A stretch of DNA of 64,000 nucleotides, taken from Hormiphora californensis (Eukaryota; Animalia; Ctenophora). The notes under the pieces were generated by a model, which saw nothing but the letters and a program-made list of their open reading frames with translations, did not search any database and had not been told where the DNA came from. The position numbers were made by a program, and so were the translations under genes. Where the stretch lies: NCBI GenBank assembly GCA_020137815.1, contig CM035350.1:6820001-6884000 (forward strand), read 5' to 3'. Position 1 is the first letter of the stretch. Each line of letters begins with the position of its first letter. This document shows positions 52,734-64,000 of this stretch, piece by piece.

Positions 52734-53593
52734 AAAAAAACCACCTCTCTCGCTTAATCCAGTCCTTACTTACTATAGTTTAGTTCTTTCTCTATCTCTG
52801 TCTCTATATTTCTCTCTCTGTCTCTCTCTCACCCCTCCCTCTATCGATGGAGCGACAATAAATGGAACGGGGGTGTTAAATTGAGCCCTCTCTTTCCATT
52901 TCCACTTGTGCCCACCATTCTGTGCAATAGACTAGATGTGAGTTGCAACATCGATTGATGATTTGGTTTGATCAATTTTCAGATCCATGAGGTTACCGCG
53001 ACAAAGACAGATAAAGAAAATTGAGATCTCTCCATCAAAGAGAAAACCGGTTAGGTGTAGTTCTATCCAAAATTGTAAAACATTCCATGGGGTTCATCCA
53101 TTATATATTAACATTTATTTCACTGCATATTGTAGATTATAGGTCAAATCTTCACAACCGATTGGCGATGAAAAACCAGAGTTAAATTCCAGAAAGTTAT
53201 CTTCGATTAGAAAACACACGTCACCGAATGTTTTGTAAATTTATTACTCTGAACTTCCTGTTACTTATGCGATAATACTGTTATAACGATACGACGTGTT
53301 AAGTGTTAACTTAAAATGTTATGTGGCTGCTGGAGTTATGTGTGAATTTAAAGCGGTTTAGTAATTTTTCATTTCTCTTACAGTATACATCACACGTTCG
53401 AAGCGGCCACGATTACATTGTATGTATTCAGTAACCCATGGCGACAGCCAGGATTTGTTGCCTAGACGCCAGGCTTCCTCCCTATTTTCTTCCATCATGA
53501 TAAATACATTGTCTCCACTCCTTGTGGTTTCAAGTAGCCCGCGACATGTATCCGCAGAGATATAGCGAAGAAAGAGAGGAAGAGAGAGAGAGA

Positions 53594-53628
<35 letters not shown>

Positions 53629-54145
53629 AGAGAGAGAGAGAGAGAGAGAGAGAGCCTGACTAGAGAGAGCGCTAGAGTAGACTAGCGTATCGAGTTGAGT
53701 GCAAGGGGGGGCTCGCTGTCTCATAGACTTGCTTGTATAATAGGCGTTGTATCTTATTATCAGTATCTATATCTCTCATCCATGTAATAATACGATGCGT
53801 CTACATCCCCGCATCTGTAGATCCAGCCTCCTCCCCCCCCCCCCCCTTTCCTCCTATCTCCTCCCTGTCCGTCTCCAATCAGTTGATGCTCACTGTCTAC
53901 AAACATGCCCTACTGTTTACCAAAATATACACCCCAATCTGTGTGTACTCCTTTCCCTCCTCTACTCCTTCTCTCCTGCAATCCTTCCTTTCTACCTCAC
54001 TGATTTTAAATGTCAGTTTTCTGTCGCTTTATTCCTTTTATTTTTTCTCGCTCAGGGTTTTAATTTAGTATTCCGTCTTTTTCTCCCCTTTTACAAACTG
54101 TCACACTCACTCGTTCATTCTCTAGCGCCAGTTTGTACGTATAGC

Positions 54146-54234
54146 GGTTGTTCAATTTCTCTCTAAACTGCAAACTAGACAATAGTAATGACTAATGAGC
54201 TTACTGGGCTTTTTAATCACGTAGATTCTCCCTC

Positions 54235-54270
<36 letters not shown>

Positions 54271-57200
54271 TCTATCTTTTTACTCGCTCTCTCAATAGCT
54301 AAACTCCCTCTCCACTTATCTCTCATCTTGCCTTTTTCTCTCTCAGATCTCTTTTTCTCTCGCTCCGTTTTGTCGAATCATTTCCGTGACGTTCACCGCA
54401 CATTTCTCTCTAGAGCTATGTAATACCTTCTTGACCACTCTCTCCCTCTCTCATTCTCCACTAGACTGCATGAGACATGAGCCGCCCTTCCCCGCTATTC
54501 AACAACATTGCTTGTAATCCGATCCCAAGATCGAAGGTAGAGAAATTCTCTTATATGCACGGTGACTGGTCAGACTTGGTACGCTCCTCCTCCTCCTCCT
54601 TTAATATTATTTCTTCTTTTTATATCTCGTTCTCTTCTTTATATCTCCGTTTTTGTGCCTGCCTCCATCCTTTGTGACGTGTGTTAGCCATTAGTCAGCC
54701 TATTATAATCTTGTGCATTTAATAAACCAAATATTTTTTCCTGCATGCCGAAAGTCTTTGTCAGTTTCATTATCATGATTTCGATGAATAATATATTGTA
54801 CCCCGTTTTTGTCATATTTTTTTTTTTTCCCTTTTATATCGGGCCATGGGAAGTGACCCCCCCTTTTACCCGTTTTAGAATGACACAGTTTAACCTCCCC
54901 GCCCCCCTTCCCCCCCCTGTTTCAACAACCCCCTTTATATTCCCTTTTCTTGGCTCAGGGTTTCTGGGCCCTGCTTTTTCGATAAAAAAGGTTAAAATGC
55001 TTTTTTACGAGGGCCCCTTAAAACCCCAAAAAAACTAAAGGGTTTTGTTGTTTTTTGGCAATTAAACAATGTTTTATGTTCCCCTTTATCCCCTTCCTCT
55101 TCTCCCCCTTTTTAAACCCCCGCCTCCTAAAAGAAACAATTAAAAAGGAAGGTGGGCATTTGATAAAGTTTCCTTGGATTTTCCCGATCCATTAGAAATT
55201 TGGAATCTTCTTCTTTAAAGAAACAAAATTCTTTTTCCTTTAATAAGGGATGAAATTTATTTAAAAAAATCGTGAGTTTTTAGGTAAATTGATTGGGTTT
55301 GGGTTTTTATTTTTTTTGAAAATTTCAAAACTTCTTGGATATGAATTTTTTGCATCCTGATTTGGGGAATTTCAATGGCCCCTTTTTTCAACTATTGCTG
55401 CTGTTAGGTGGGGGGCCGGGGAAAAAACGGGTGGAAAGAACCCAAAACCCCCGTTTTGGGAAATTCGGGTGAAAATTTATTTGTATTAAAAATTGCCCGC
55501 TTTCTCAGAGAAAATGATAATTTATGGCTCAAGATCAAAACCCCTCGGTTTTTGGTGTTTGTTAAATTGTTAAACTGTTCTGATCAGTGGGGTGTTGGTT
55601 TGCTTTGCAAAAGGCTGTAATTTTTGATCCATCCTTTTTGAGGTAAAAAAACTCAATTTTTTTCGGCAAAAGTCCCCTATTTCCCCCCGGCCCGGGTTTC
55701 CCCCCCCCCCCTCCCCCCAATTTCCCCCACCCCAAACCCTCTGGAAAAATTCTTTAAGAAAACCCGGGTTTCCCCAAACCGAAAAAATACTCCGATAAAG
55801 CGAAAAGTCGGGCGGGAAACAGGGAACCCTAAACCCCAAATAAACCCCCCGGTTTAGAAGGATCAAAAAGGTTGAGAAAAATTTACCCCCCCTTTGGGAA
55901 AAGTTTTAAAAAACCATCCCCGGGGGGAAAATTCCCCTGGGGAAATTAACCGAAAAGTGATGTTTTGGGGAAATACCCCTGGGGGAAGGAAGGGGTTAAA
56001 TTAAAAAAACTGATATTTTTTCTGTCCCGTCTGGGGTGTGTTTTGCATGTGTTTTAATATTACCCCGGCCTTGGGACAAAAACCTCCATTTTTTTGATAC
56101 AATTGGAATTCCTTCACTTGTTTCCCCCAGCTCAGGGTCATAATCCCCTGCCTTTTGCCTGGACAAACATAAATTTCCAGATTTCCCCGTTTGGGAGAAA
56201 CTAAAAAGGTAACCCCCCCCCGCCCAAAAGAAACTTTTCTTTCTTTTTTTTGTTTGACAAAAAAGTATCGGGAAAAACCCGGGGAGGGGGTGGTGTAATT
56301 TTACACTTTTATGGCATGTTGTGTGTGGGAACCTAAGTCCAGCCCGCGGATCTCCATTTTGGATAAAAAAGTTGGCCCCAAATTTCCGGATTCCTCAAAG
56401 TAGAAAAGGGCGTGGCCCCGGGTGCGGGCCCCCTCTCCCCACAACAAAAAAGGGTCTCCGCGCGTTCTGGTCCCTCCCCCCCCTCCCCTCTTGCCCCCCC
56501 CTTCCTTTTTTTTGGGGGGGCCTTTTGGGGTGTTGTGGGATTTCTGCTCTCCCCCTCTTCCCCCGGTCTCTCCCCCTTCCCCCTTGTCCCCTTCTTCCTG
56601 GATCATTCCCCTCTCTAAACCCAAAGATGATGAATATCCCTTTTGGGGGTTTTGGAATTTTATCGTCATATTTCCCCCGTTTCAGTATTTCATTAAAAGC
56701 TTACAGGGAAACCTCTTTTGGGGGTAGAATCCCCACCCTGAAATCTACGGGGTATCCCCCAAACCCATAGGGAGGGGCGTGGGGCCCCTTGAAAAAATTT
56801 GGAAAAATGAGGGGGGGTTGATTGGGAATTGGGATGACCTAACCCCCTTCTCCCCTCCCTCTGCTACAAAACATTTTTGAATCCCAAACCCAAAAATCAA
56901 AATTACTTGTTTTACTGCTTTCGTATCGCTTTCTCCGGGGTAGGCCCCGTTCTAAAATAAAAACTTGGGGTATGACCAAAAATTTGGGAAAAACCCAAAT
57001 TGGGGGACCCCCAAATATGGAGACCCCCCCAAAAATTTGGGGAAACACCCAAATATGATATAAGGGACAAACAGGAGGGGGGGAGGATAGCCTTTTAATT
57101 TTCCAAAAGGGCAAAAAAAGGAAAATTAACTCAGAGAGAATTTAAAGGAAGGACCGAAAATTAAAATAGATTGCCAAAAATGTTTAAACTTATACCCAAT

Positions 57201-57411
57201 TACCTTTAAACTATTCTTGTCTCTCCAGCACAGTCCGAAATATTCATCTTCTGTCAAGTCTAGATCGCTCAATAGCTTGTCTATCAGGGACTGGGCCTTT
57301 TCTTTTTTCTGAAAGGGGGCGGGATGTCAAGAAATATACGAAATTATATGATGGTATCACAAAATAGGGTCTAACTATAATCCAGTTTGCGGTTGTAACA
57401 TAATGGCCGGG
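54146..57411 (-). repeat. Inverted second copy of 48295-52630 (FERM/SAM locus), degraded in its middle; probably an uncollapsed haplotype
   Basis: 54146-54800 is near-identical to the reverse complement of 51990-52630, and 57190-57411 to 48295-48520. The intervening part is recognisable but homopolymer-inflated. Confidence 0.85.
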
Positions 57412-60400
57412 GGAAGGACAAGAAGAAAGAAAGCCGAGATAGCGATACCTGAAGCGAGACTACAACTAGCCTAGCTCTCTCATCTCTCGTCTCTCCCCCT
57501 ACAGCCCTTTTTTTATTTTTAATAGTCTCTCCCCACTGACCCGGTTAGTGTGTTGTCTGCAAATTGCAATGAACACGACACATGTACATCCGTATTCTAC
57601 CATAGTACAATAGCACAAAATAAACAACCCCCTCCTACTGGCCGTTTACCATTCACAATTTACCATTTACTATAAATTCATTATATTCGTTTGGCACCAT
57701 TCAATAAAATGTATGTAGTTATAATTGATCACGAAGGTGTTCCTAAAATGGGATAAACGGGATTTTAGAAATCAGATTTCTTGTCGTGATGATCACGCAC
57801 TTCAGTAGTTCCCTCATTCTCTCTCCAAGGGGGGATCTCTCTCTGTAGCATTAACTACACCGAATGAACCTCTTTGGTATTAAACTATTTATTCCAACTG
57901 CACACTATGCTTCTTACACTAAATATATTGACTGCTACCCCTCTCTCTCTCACTCAAATCCCTCTATTTGACTGTGTCGCTCAACTCAATTAGAGGTCTA
58001 CACGCACGAAGCAGCGGGGGACACACTCAAAGAGATCAGTATGAAACATGAAACTCTACCCTCCCTTATTGTGTGTTGGTACAGTAGCCTCCTCGAGTTA
58101 GTGGAGAGAGATGAGGGGTGTGACGGGAAAATAGAGACCTGGAGTGTGTGTGTGGGACTGTATTACCAACCCAGGGGACCGAGGCGGGGGTGATAGGTTA
58201 CAGATTTAAACAGAGCTGACGGAAGGCCGTTCTTCTTTAAACAGCCGCTTTATAATTACATGTGTTAGCCGTGTCTAACGTATAATATATGTCTCCTGTA
58301 TATATGCGGGCTCTTTCTTTTTAGTCAGGACCACTATTGGTGCGCGGTCGTGCCCACGGAAGGAGTGCTTGGATCATCTTGAAACCGGTTTTAAGTTCAC
58401 TAATGCATACCCAAAAGTGTCTGTAGCCATTTGGGTGATGTTCTGACAATCCAATCACGAGTTATGACCGAAAAACAGTCAAAAAAGACGTTTTAAAGTG
58501 ACAAAAAGGAGGATCTGAACACAGCCCTTATATGAAGGGCTGGGGCTTTGAAACTTCTTGTGTGGACAGAGAATCGTCCAAATTTGCAGTGTCAACTTTC
58601 AGATAGTTGCTATCTTTTGTAGTTATCTAATTAGAGTCGTTTAAACATGTGAGAAGTTGCTAAAGGGGCCTATAATACTGCTTGTGAAGTGATCACTTGA
58701 CGAGATTTGCCCAATTAGAGAGCGGATTAAAGCATACAAGCGGTGAGAGCAAGCAATATCAGGGTGTGAACTGCATGTCGTGTTTGCTAGTCGCGAGCGC
58801 GCTTGCGAGACAAGCAAACACGTCAAGGTTCATTAACAAGCATGCTGCTCAGTCATTTTAGATTTAAAAACCAAATTAAAGAAAAAGATGTGAGGAGGAT
58901 CTAGGGTTTCGTATCCGTTATTCACATGAGACATTTGCACTTTCACCCACATCAAGTTGTGCGCGCGCTATCTTGCGCACACATTGGTACACACTTTCCG
59001 TGGTAAGCACATGGTAGCTCAGCTATAACTTCATCCGCAGTAGGTTTATTCAGAGAGGAACATCAATCGCGGTAAACTCATTCACCCCGTCACCCTCCCT
59101 GATATCCTCGGATTGGTCGCCATCTTCTCAAACTGGATGCGGAGAAGGCGTGCCTCGTGCGTTGATTTCAAACAAATACCTAAATATTCAATATGATAGA
59201 TAGAACTAAAATCTACAATCGATATGTTGGTTCCAACGAAAGTAAGACTTCAAGTTATTACCCCCTTGTGATTTAATCACTGATCATGACTTGTAACTTT
59301 GGGGTGACGATTGAGGGCGTGATGAATCTCTCACGATATAATGAGAGATTGTCGTGCGGTGATGTATTTGTAGGAGGGAAATGCAAAAGGAGTGGAGACA
59401 TTCCAGTTTTTGTCTTTTGCCTTTCGTTACTAGATACTTCTTTTGAATAAGATTGAAGGTCGTGATCTCTGTATCCATAAGATACTCCCCACCCTCTTAT
59501 TCTTTAACGCACACTGCATCTTGTTCGGATTCTATCATTCCAGCCGCACCGCTGCCAGGCACTTTTAAACTCCCAAATAAGATCCTGTAGAAGGGTATGT
59601 TTATTTGGTTGTAGAATGCCTTATATTACTTGGATGCATGAAATAATAGGCTGGAGAGTACTATAACCCACTTACAGTGGGACACTCAAAGGATGTACGA
59701 AGATAATACGAAAAGGGGTTAGGGGAGAATAGGGAGAAACATGTCCCCTTACAAACCACTTGTCATGAAAAGATTAGAACTGACCTGAAGGAAAAGAATC
59801 TTCTATCTACTCAGAAGAAGCCTCTGGGTAGGTCATCTTTCCCAGCACGGTCTCCCTGACCCTCCCTCTCTAGAGCGCTTCAAGTCATGCTTTGAACCTA
59901 AAAGATTTAGAGTTTTTTTGAAAAAGTAACTTATTTCATTAAAAATGCCACTAAACCAAGTCTCCATGTTCAAATATTTGCTCATAAACTGACCTGCGCC
60001 AAATCGGATCCCGGATGGTCGAAGTTCTTCAAGAGGGATTTTCAGTGTTGTCACATCTATCTCGCCATGTCAAATCTTCCTCGTATCCAATTAAACACTC
60101 GATCCATATTCCGTGATCTCTATTGTTTCCTTGTGGCTATTATGTACATTGTGAATTGGTCGCTAAAAGTAGTTGGGTAGGGTAAGGATAGGGTCTGCTT
60201 CTTAGGTCCTACGAAAAAGGGTTCCCTAGCCAGGCAACTTCGTTGGTGGTGCAGTCCCTCTCCTCGTTGTTTGCACTTGCTTTCGCTGGGAGTTGTTAGG
60301 CAACTCCGAGCTTTTCCTCTTAAATACCAGTGCTGTAGGAGCAGTGGCCGGAGGCAGCGGCCCTAAGTCCTAATTCCTACACCTGATGTTGGATTGGTGC

Positions 60401-61073
60401 CCAACCTGTACGATCTAATGTTCTAAACTGTGTTTTTCTGTTAGTGAAGATTGTGATCCAAAATGTGAACAAGGCGGGTTGGTTGAGAGAGAAGTGGTGA
60501 TTTAGAAAATGAATATGACCATACCGGGAGAGGAGACAAATACAAAAAGATAAGTAGGTAAGATTTAGGTGGAGAAAGAGCGGGAAACATGGGGACTGGG
60601 AAAGGGCTGGATAGGGTTCTCGGCTGCCGCAGTGACTGCTGGAGAAGCCAGAAGGAGAGGGAAAAGTCACGAGGAGAAACTCGGAGCTGGGCCGGATTCT
60701 AAATAGGTAGGTCTAGATGAAGATCCAAGTGGGCACAAACACAGCTGGGCTCTGGTTGAAGGGGGGGGGGGGGTGAAAAAACGGAGGAGGTCTCCAGAGC
60801 GATAGAGAAGGGAAGGGATGTAGCAAGACAATGAGCGGGAGGCGGAGTACCGGGGGTCGGGGGACTCTGGCTGTCGGGGGCTAATGAAGAGACTGAGAAG
60901 GGCTGATGAAGAGACTGAGAGAGATGTGGATGAAAATAGTGAAAGCGAGGGCTCCAGGGAAGAGGGTTGGAATCAGCGGGTTGAGAAGAGCCGGAAATAG
61001 AGTTGAAGAGAGAAAGAGGGAGGAGTGGGTCGGACCAGATGAACAACAGAGGGGGGCGGGGGGGGACTGGGAG

Positions 61074-61480
61074 ACTTTGTAACTTTGTAATCAATTACAT
61101 ATATCCCAACATATAATGGTGTCAGGCCAATCGAACATCCCCCGCACAAACAGTCCCACGGACCATTCCAGATTGAATTGTTGTTTTGACGGCTGTATCC
61201 GGAGGACAGGTGGTCTATCCGGGAAATGTTTCATCCACTCTCCGAGAAGAACCTTGAAATCTCTAGCCTTTTTGCTGAATTCACCGTCTTTGGCAGAGTG
61301 TTCCATAGCCTTGTTGCCCGTCCAGCGAACGAGTTGTATTGTTTAGTAACTTGTATTGTTCAGGAACTTCAGCTCTAATTCCGAAACGGTCTGATGGGTA
61401 GAATCGGATCCCTATGTTATTTGGAGCTTCATCATTAGCCATTTTCCACACAAGGATTATAGAGTACCGTTCACGGAGAG
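61074..61480 (-). mobile_element. 5'-truncated non-LTR retrotransposon (CR1/L2-group) 3' end
   Basis: Frameshifted ORF2 C-terminus RERYSIILVWKM...PNNIGIRF...R.GIRA.VP, LWNTLPKTVNS, FKVLLGEWMKHFPDRPPV.GYSRQNNNS, followed by a (TTACAAAG)2 tail. Confidence 0.7.
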
Positions 61481-62194
61481 CCGAGACAAAGACAGGGACG
61501 GCGCTCTCCAGGTCTTTGTCCAAAACCTGGATCAGAGGAAACTCGAACGAGGCGGCAGAATGAGGGTCTCTCAGCGGTAGGGGAGGGAACGGAATACGGG
61601 ATGTACAGCAAGACGACGAGCAGGAGGCGGAAATTAGAAATATTTAGCTGGCTTAGAAAATTAAAAAATCGAAGAAAAATTACGTTCGCGTTTTATTTCT
61701 CAAATCTTGTGCGCGCGTTGAATGTACCAAATAGAAAACTTGCGCTGCTTTTTACCGCCGCGCGCCTGCTTCATGAAGTTTTGTGACTTGGATTTTTTTA
61801 ATTTTTGCGAAAGCTAGTTTTTAAATTTTTGCTTTTTACAAGGCTCCTCCACGCCGTGGCTCGTCAGACAAGTGCAGGGCACCGAGTACCATTACTCGAT
61901 CATCTATTTAATAAGGACTTTAGCCCCCTGGCCCTTCCTGGCTGCCAATCGATATGTACAGCGATTTTTGTAGGGCCAATAAGTCAAGCGCTGGTCTAAT
62001 TATATATCACGCAACTATCTAGCGTTGTGACTGTGTAAGACATTGTATTAAACAACTGGAAATATTAAGCGAACTGGATTTCATATGTCTTGACCGCTGC
62101 ATTTTAGAGTTAAGTCCCGACGCGACGACGTCTGACGAGGATCATTGTCCTCGGTCCTCCACCGTCCTAATTTTGACTTAAATTCTATGTAGGT

Positions 62195-64000
62195 ATGTGT
62201 GATTATGTTTTTGTCTTACACTCCTGGATGAGAATTTAACAAGTGTTTGTTGAAGACAAAGTTAACGGAAAACGGATTGGAAGTATCTAAATCCGGTTAT
62301 CCAACTGAAACTGAAGCATGCGCCTTTGTTATTCACGTCCCTGATAACCTTATCCAAACTGAAGCAGAATCCTGGGGATTTCTTAAACGGGATGAGCGGG
62401 GCTTCAAACGGGAATATGTCAGTGTTCAGCATGATCTATTTGAACAACCCTACACGGCCATGACATCTGATATCTTTACACCCTCTGAAGTTTCCTTTAT
62501 CGCTCATGAGAATCATCAAGCGAATCAGATAGGTGAGTCCCGGACTTTTTTCCCACGCCCCAAATCAGGTGTCCATTCCCACGACCCGCTGATTTAGCAC
62601 TGGAACGTGTGAGAGATAGGAGAGTGTTGCCGCTCCATGCCCCAGCGGAGAGAGTGTTTGCTGCATGGAAGGTGGGCCCTGCAAATAGCACCTTCCCAGA
62701 TACATCGGAGCACTACTTGGGGCCAATGTGGCACTCTACTTCGCCTGTTAAGGAACTACATTATTTGGCTGGTACTACCTGCCATTGCAGGTACTGCTGC
62801 TACACCTACCATTCCCTTCATCCCGAGGTTAATGTAGACAACTCCCTCGTCTCGCCTCTACACACTCCTCATCATTGTTTGGAGTGTGTCTTCGTTAAGC
62901 TGGGATCGCCTTTCTTTCCACCCTGGTGTGTCGCTGGGGTATCACTGATGTAAAGTTGGGTGAGGGAGGTCCGGCCAGGATTCACAGGATTGAAGCGAAT
63001 CAGCCCTGTTACAGGCCACCCTGAACGGTATTTTAACCCCCTTGAAAGGGTCTTCCGGTACTTTGTAAGTGGTTGTGTGACTACTGTCATGTTGGTCTTG
63101 GCATTCTCTGTCATGGTGATCTCCCTAAATCTCCAGGGTTACATTCACCCTACTCCTACTAGGAGAACTACCTACTCTTTTCCTTCCATTTCGTGGTTGT
63201 GCGATGAGGGGGAGTATTTTGATCCCTCCGGTTAAGGGCCCCTTCCCTTCTGCTCCTCCTGGTTTATACCTGTGATCCTGCATGTCGTTATAATCCAGGT
63301 GCTCAACAAGGTGTACCAAGTTGTGGCAATCAAAGTTGACGGAATGGGAAAACCACCGGTCACCTTCACAACATGAAATGCACTTTTTGTCAAGAGGTTC
63401 TTCTTCGAGGCATTTGACTGCTACATTGCCCTGTTCTATATCTGGCCTTCGTGGAGCTGGACATTGTCCTACTAAGACGCGAACTGGTTAGTCTCTACAC
63501 AGTCGACTCAGTTCGCAGGCTAGCTACCGAGACCATTATACCCCCTCCTACTAGGAAGGCAACACGAAAGTTATCTGATAACGACTCTTCTCCTAGGCCA
63601 CTCATCATCGTGAACCCCCGCTTGCCAAGGATTACGACAAGCCCGAGTATGAGCAGTTCGATGACTATCTAGAAATGGTGGTACAGCTAGGGTAGTGTAC
63701 GCTATTTGCGGGGCATTCCCCCTCGCTGCATCCACTCTCCTTCGTTCTGTACATCCTGGAGCTCTATTCGGATGTCTTTAAAACTCAGCACAATCTGTAG
63801 AGACCGGTTAGTGCACCGTGTCACCTCTATCGGGGTCATGCCCATCCTGATCAAGGGAACCATCCTTCTCTCTGTTCTTCACCAACCTTTACATATTCTG
63901 TTTCACTTCAGAGCAGGCTGATGACCTACGCCCCCCTCTCTTCACCGTTACACACCCTCGCTGTGGAGGAGATGGCCAAGCGGGGGGAGTGATCACGTGC
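62195..64000 (+). CDS. Anoctamin/TMEM16 family membrane protein, apparently intron-poor, with many frameshifts (sequence errors or pseudogene); runs off the window
   Basis: Mosaic-frame motifs: Y.G..VALYFA..YIIWLVLPAIAG; EVRPGFTG..RISPVTG..ERYF; IIQVLNKVY..VA.KLTEWENHR....HE; KRFFFEAFDCYIALFY; PEYEQFDDYLEMVVQLG..TLFA..FPLA; ELYSDVFK. Confidence 0.8.

Noticed and set aside
59740-59840. Chromodomain-like fragment on the minus strand (DDLPRGFF.VDR)
   Set aside because: Too short, and interrupted by stops and frameshifts, to support a call.

Overview
Eukaryotic (metazoan) genomic DNA with spliceosomal introns, many microsatellites, two 100-N gaps and several low-accuracy stretches. The gene and repeat repertoire suggests a ctenophore (Pleurobrachia/Hormiphora-like); this is an inference, not something the sequence proves. 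The left half is dominated by a NEK10 kinase gene on the minus strand (2447-27271; 23 exons whose splice phases I reconstructed). Its introns host five antisense genes: an intronless rhodopsin-like GPCR, a 72-aa secreted 8-Cys/6-Trp peptide precursor missed by the ORF track, a gene built on a phase-1 ~137-aa extracellular module, a GNS/SULF-type sulfatase, and a divergent intronless SIX homeobox gene preceded by six helically phased E-boxes. A 31-bp minisatellite repeats a NEK10 splice acceptor about 30 times, and several other splice sites are tandemly duplicated. The right half holds a long low-complexity multi-exon gene containing a 3-kb fold-back element (TAG...CTA ends, 4-bp TSD, Academ-like) filled with mirror-image palindromic satellite. 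It also holds a band-4.1/FERM gene with a nested SAM-domain gene and a 1.3-kb long-TIR element that is absent from a second, inverted (probably allelic, mis-assembled) copy of the locus. A truncated LINE and a frameshifted anoctamin (TMEM16) gene close the window.
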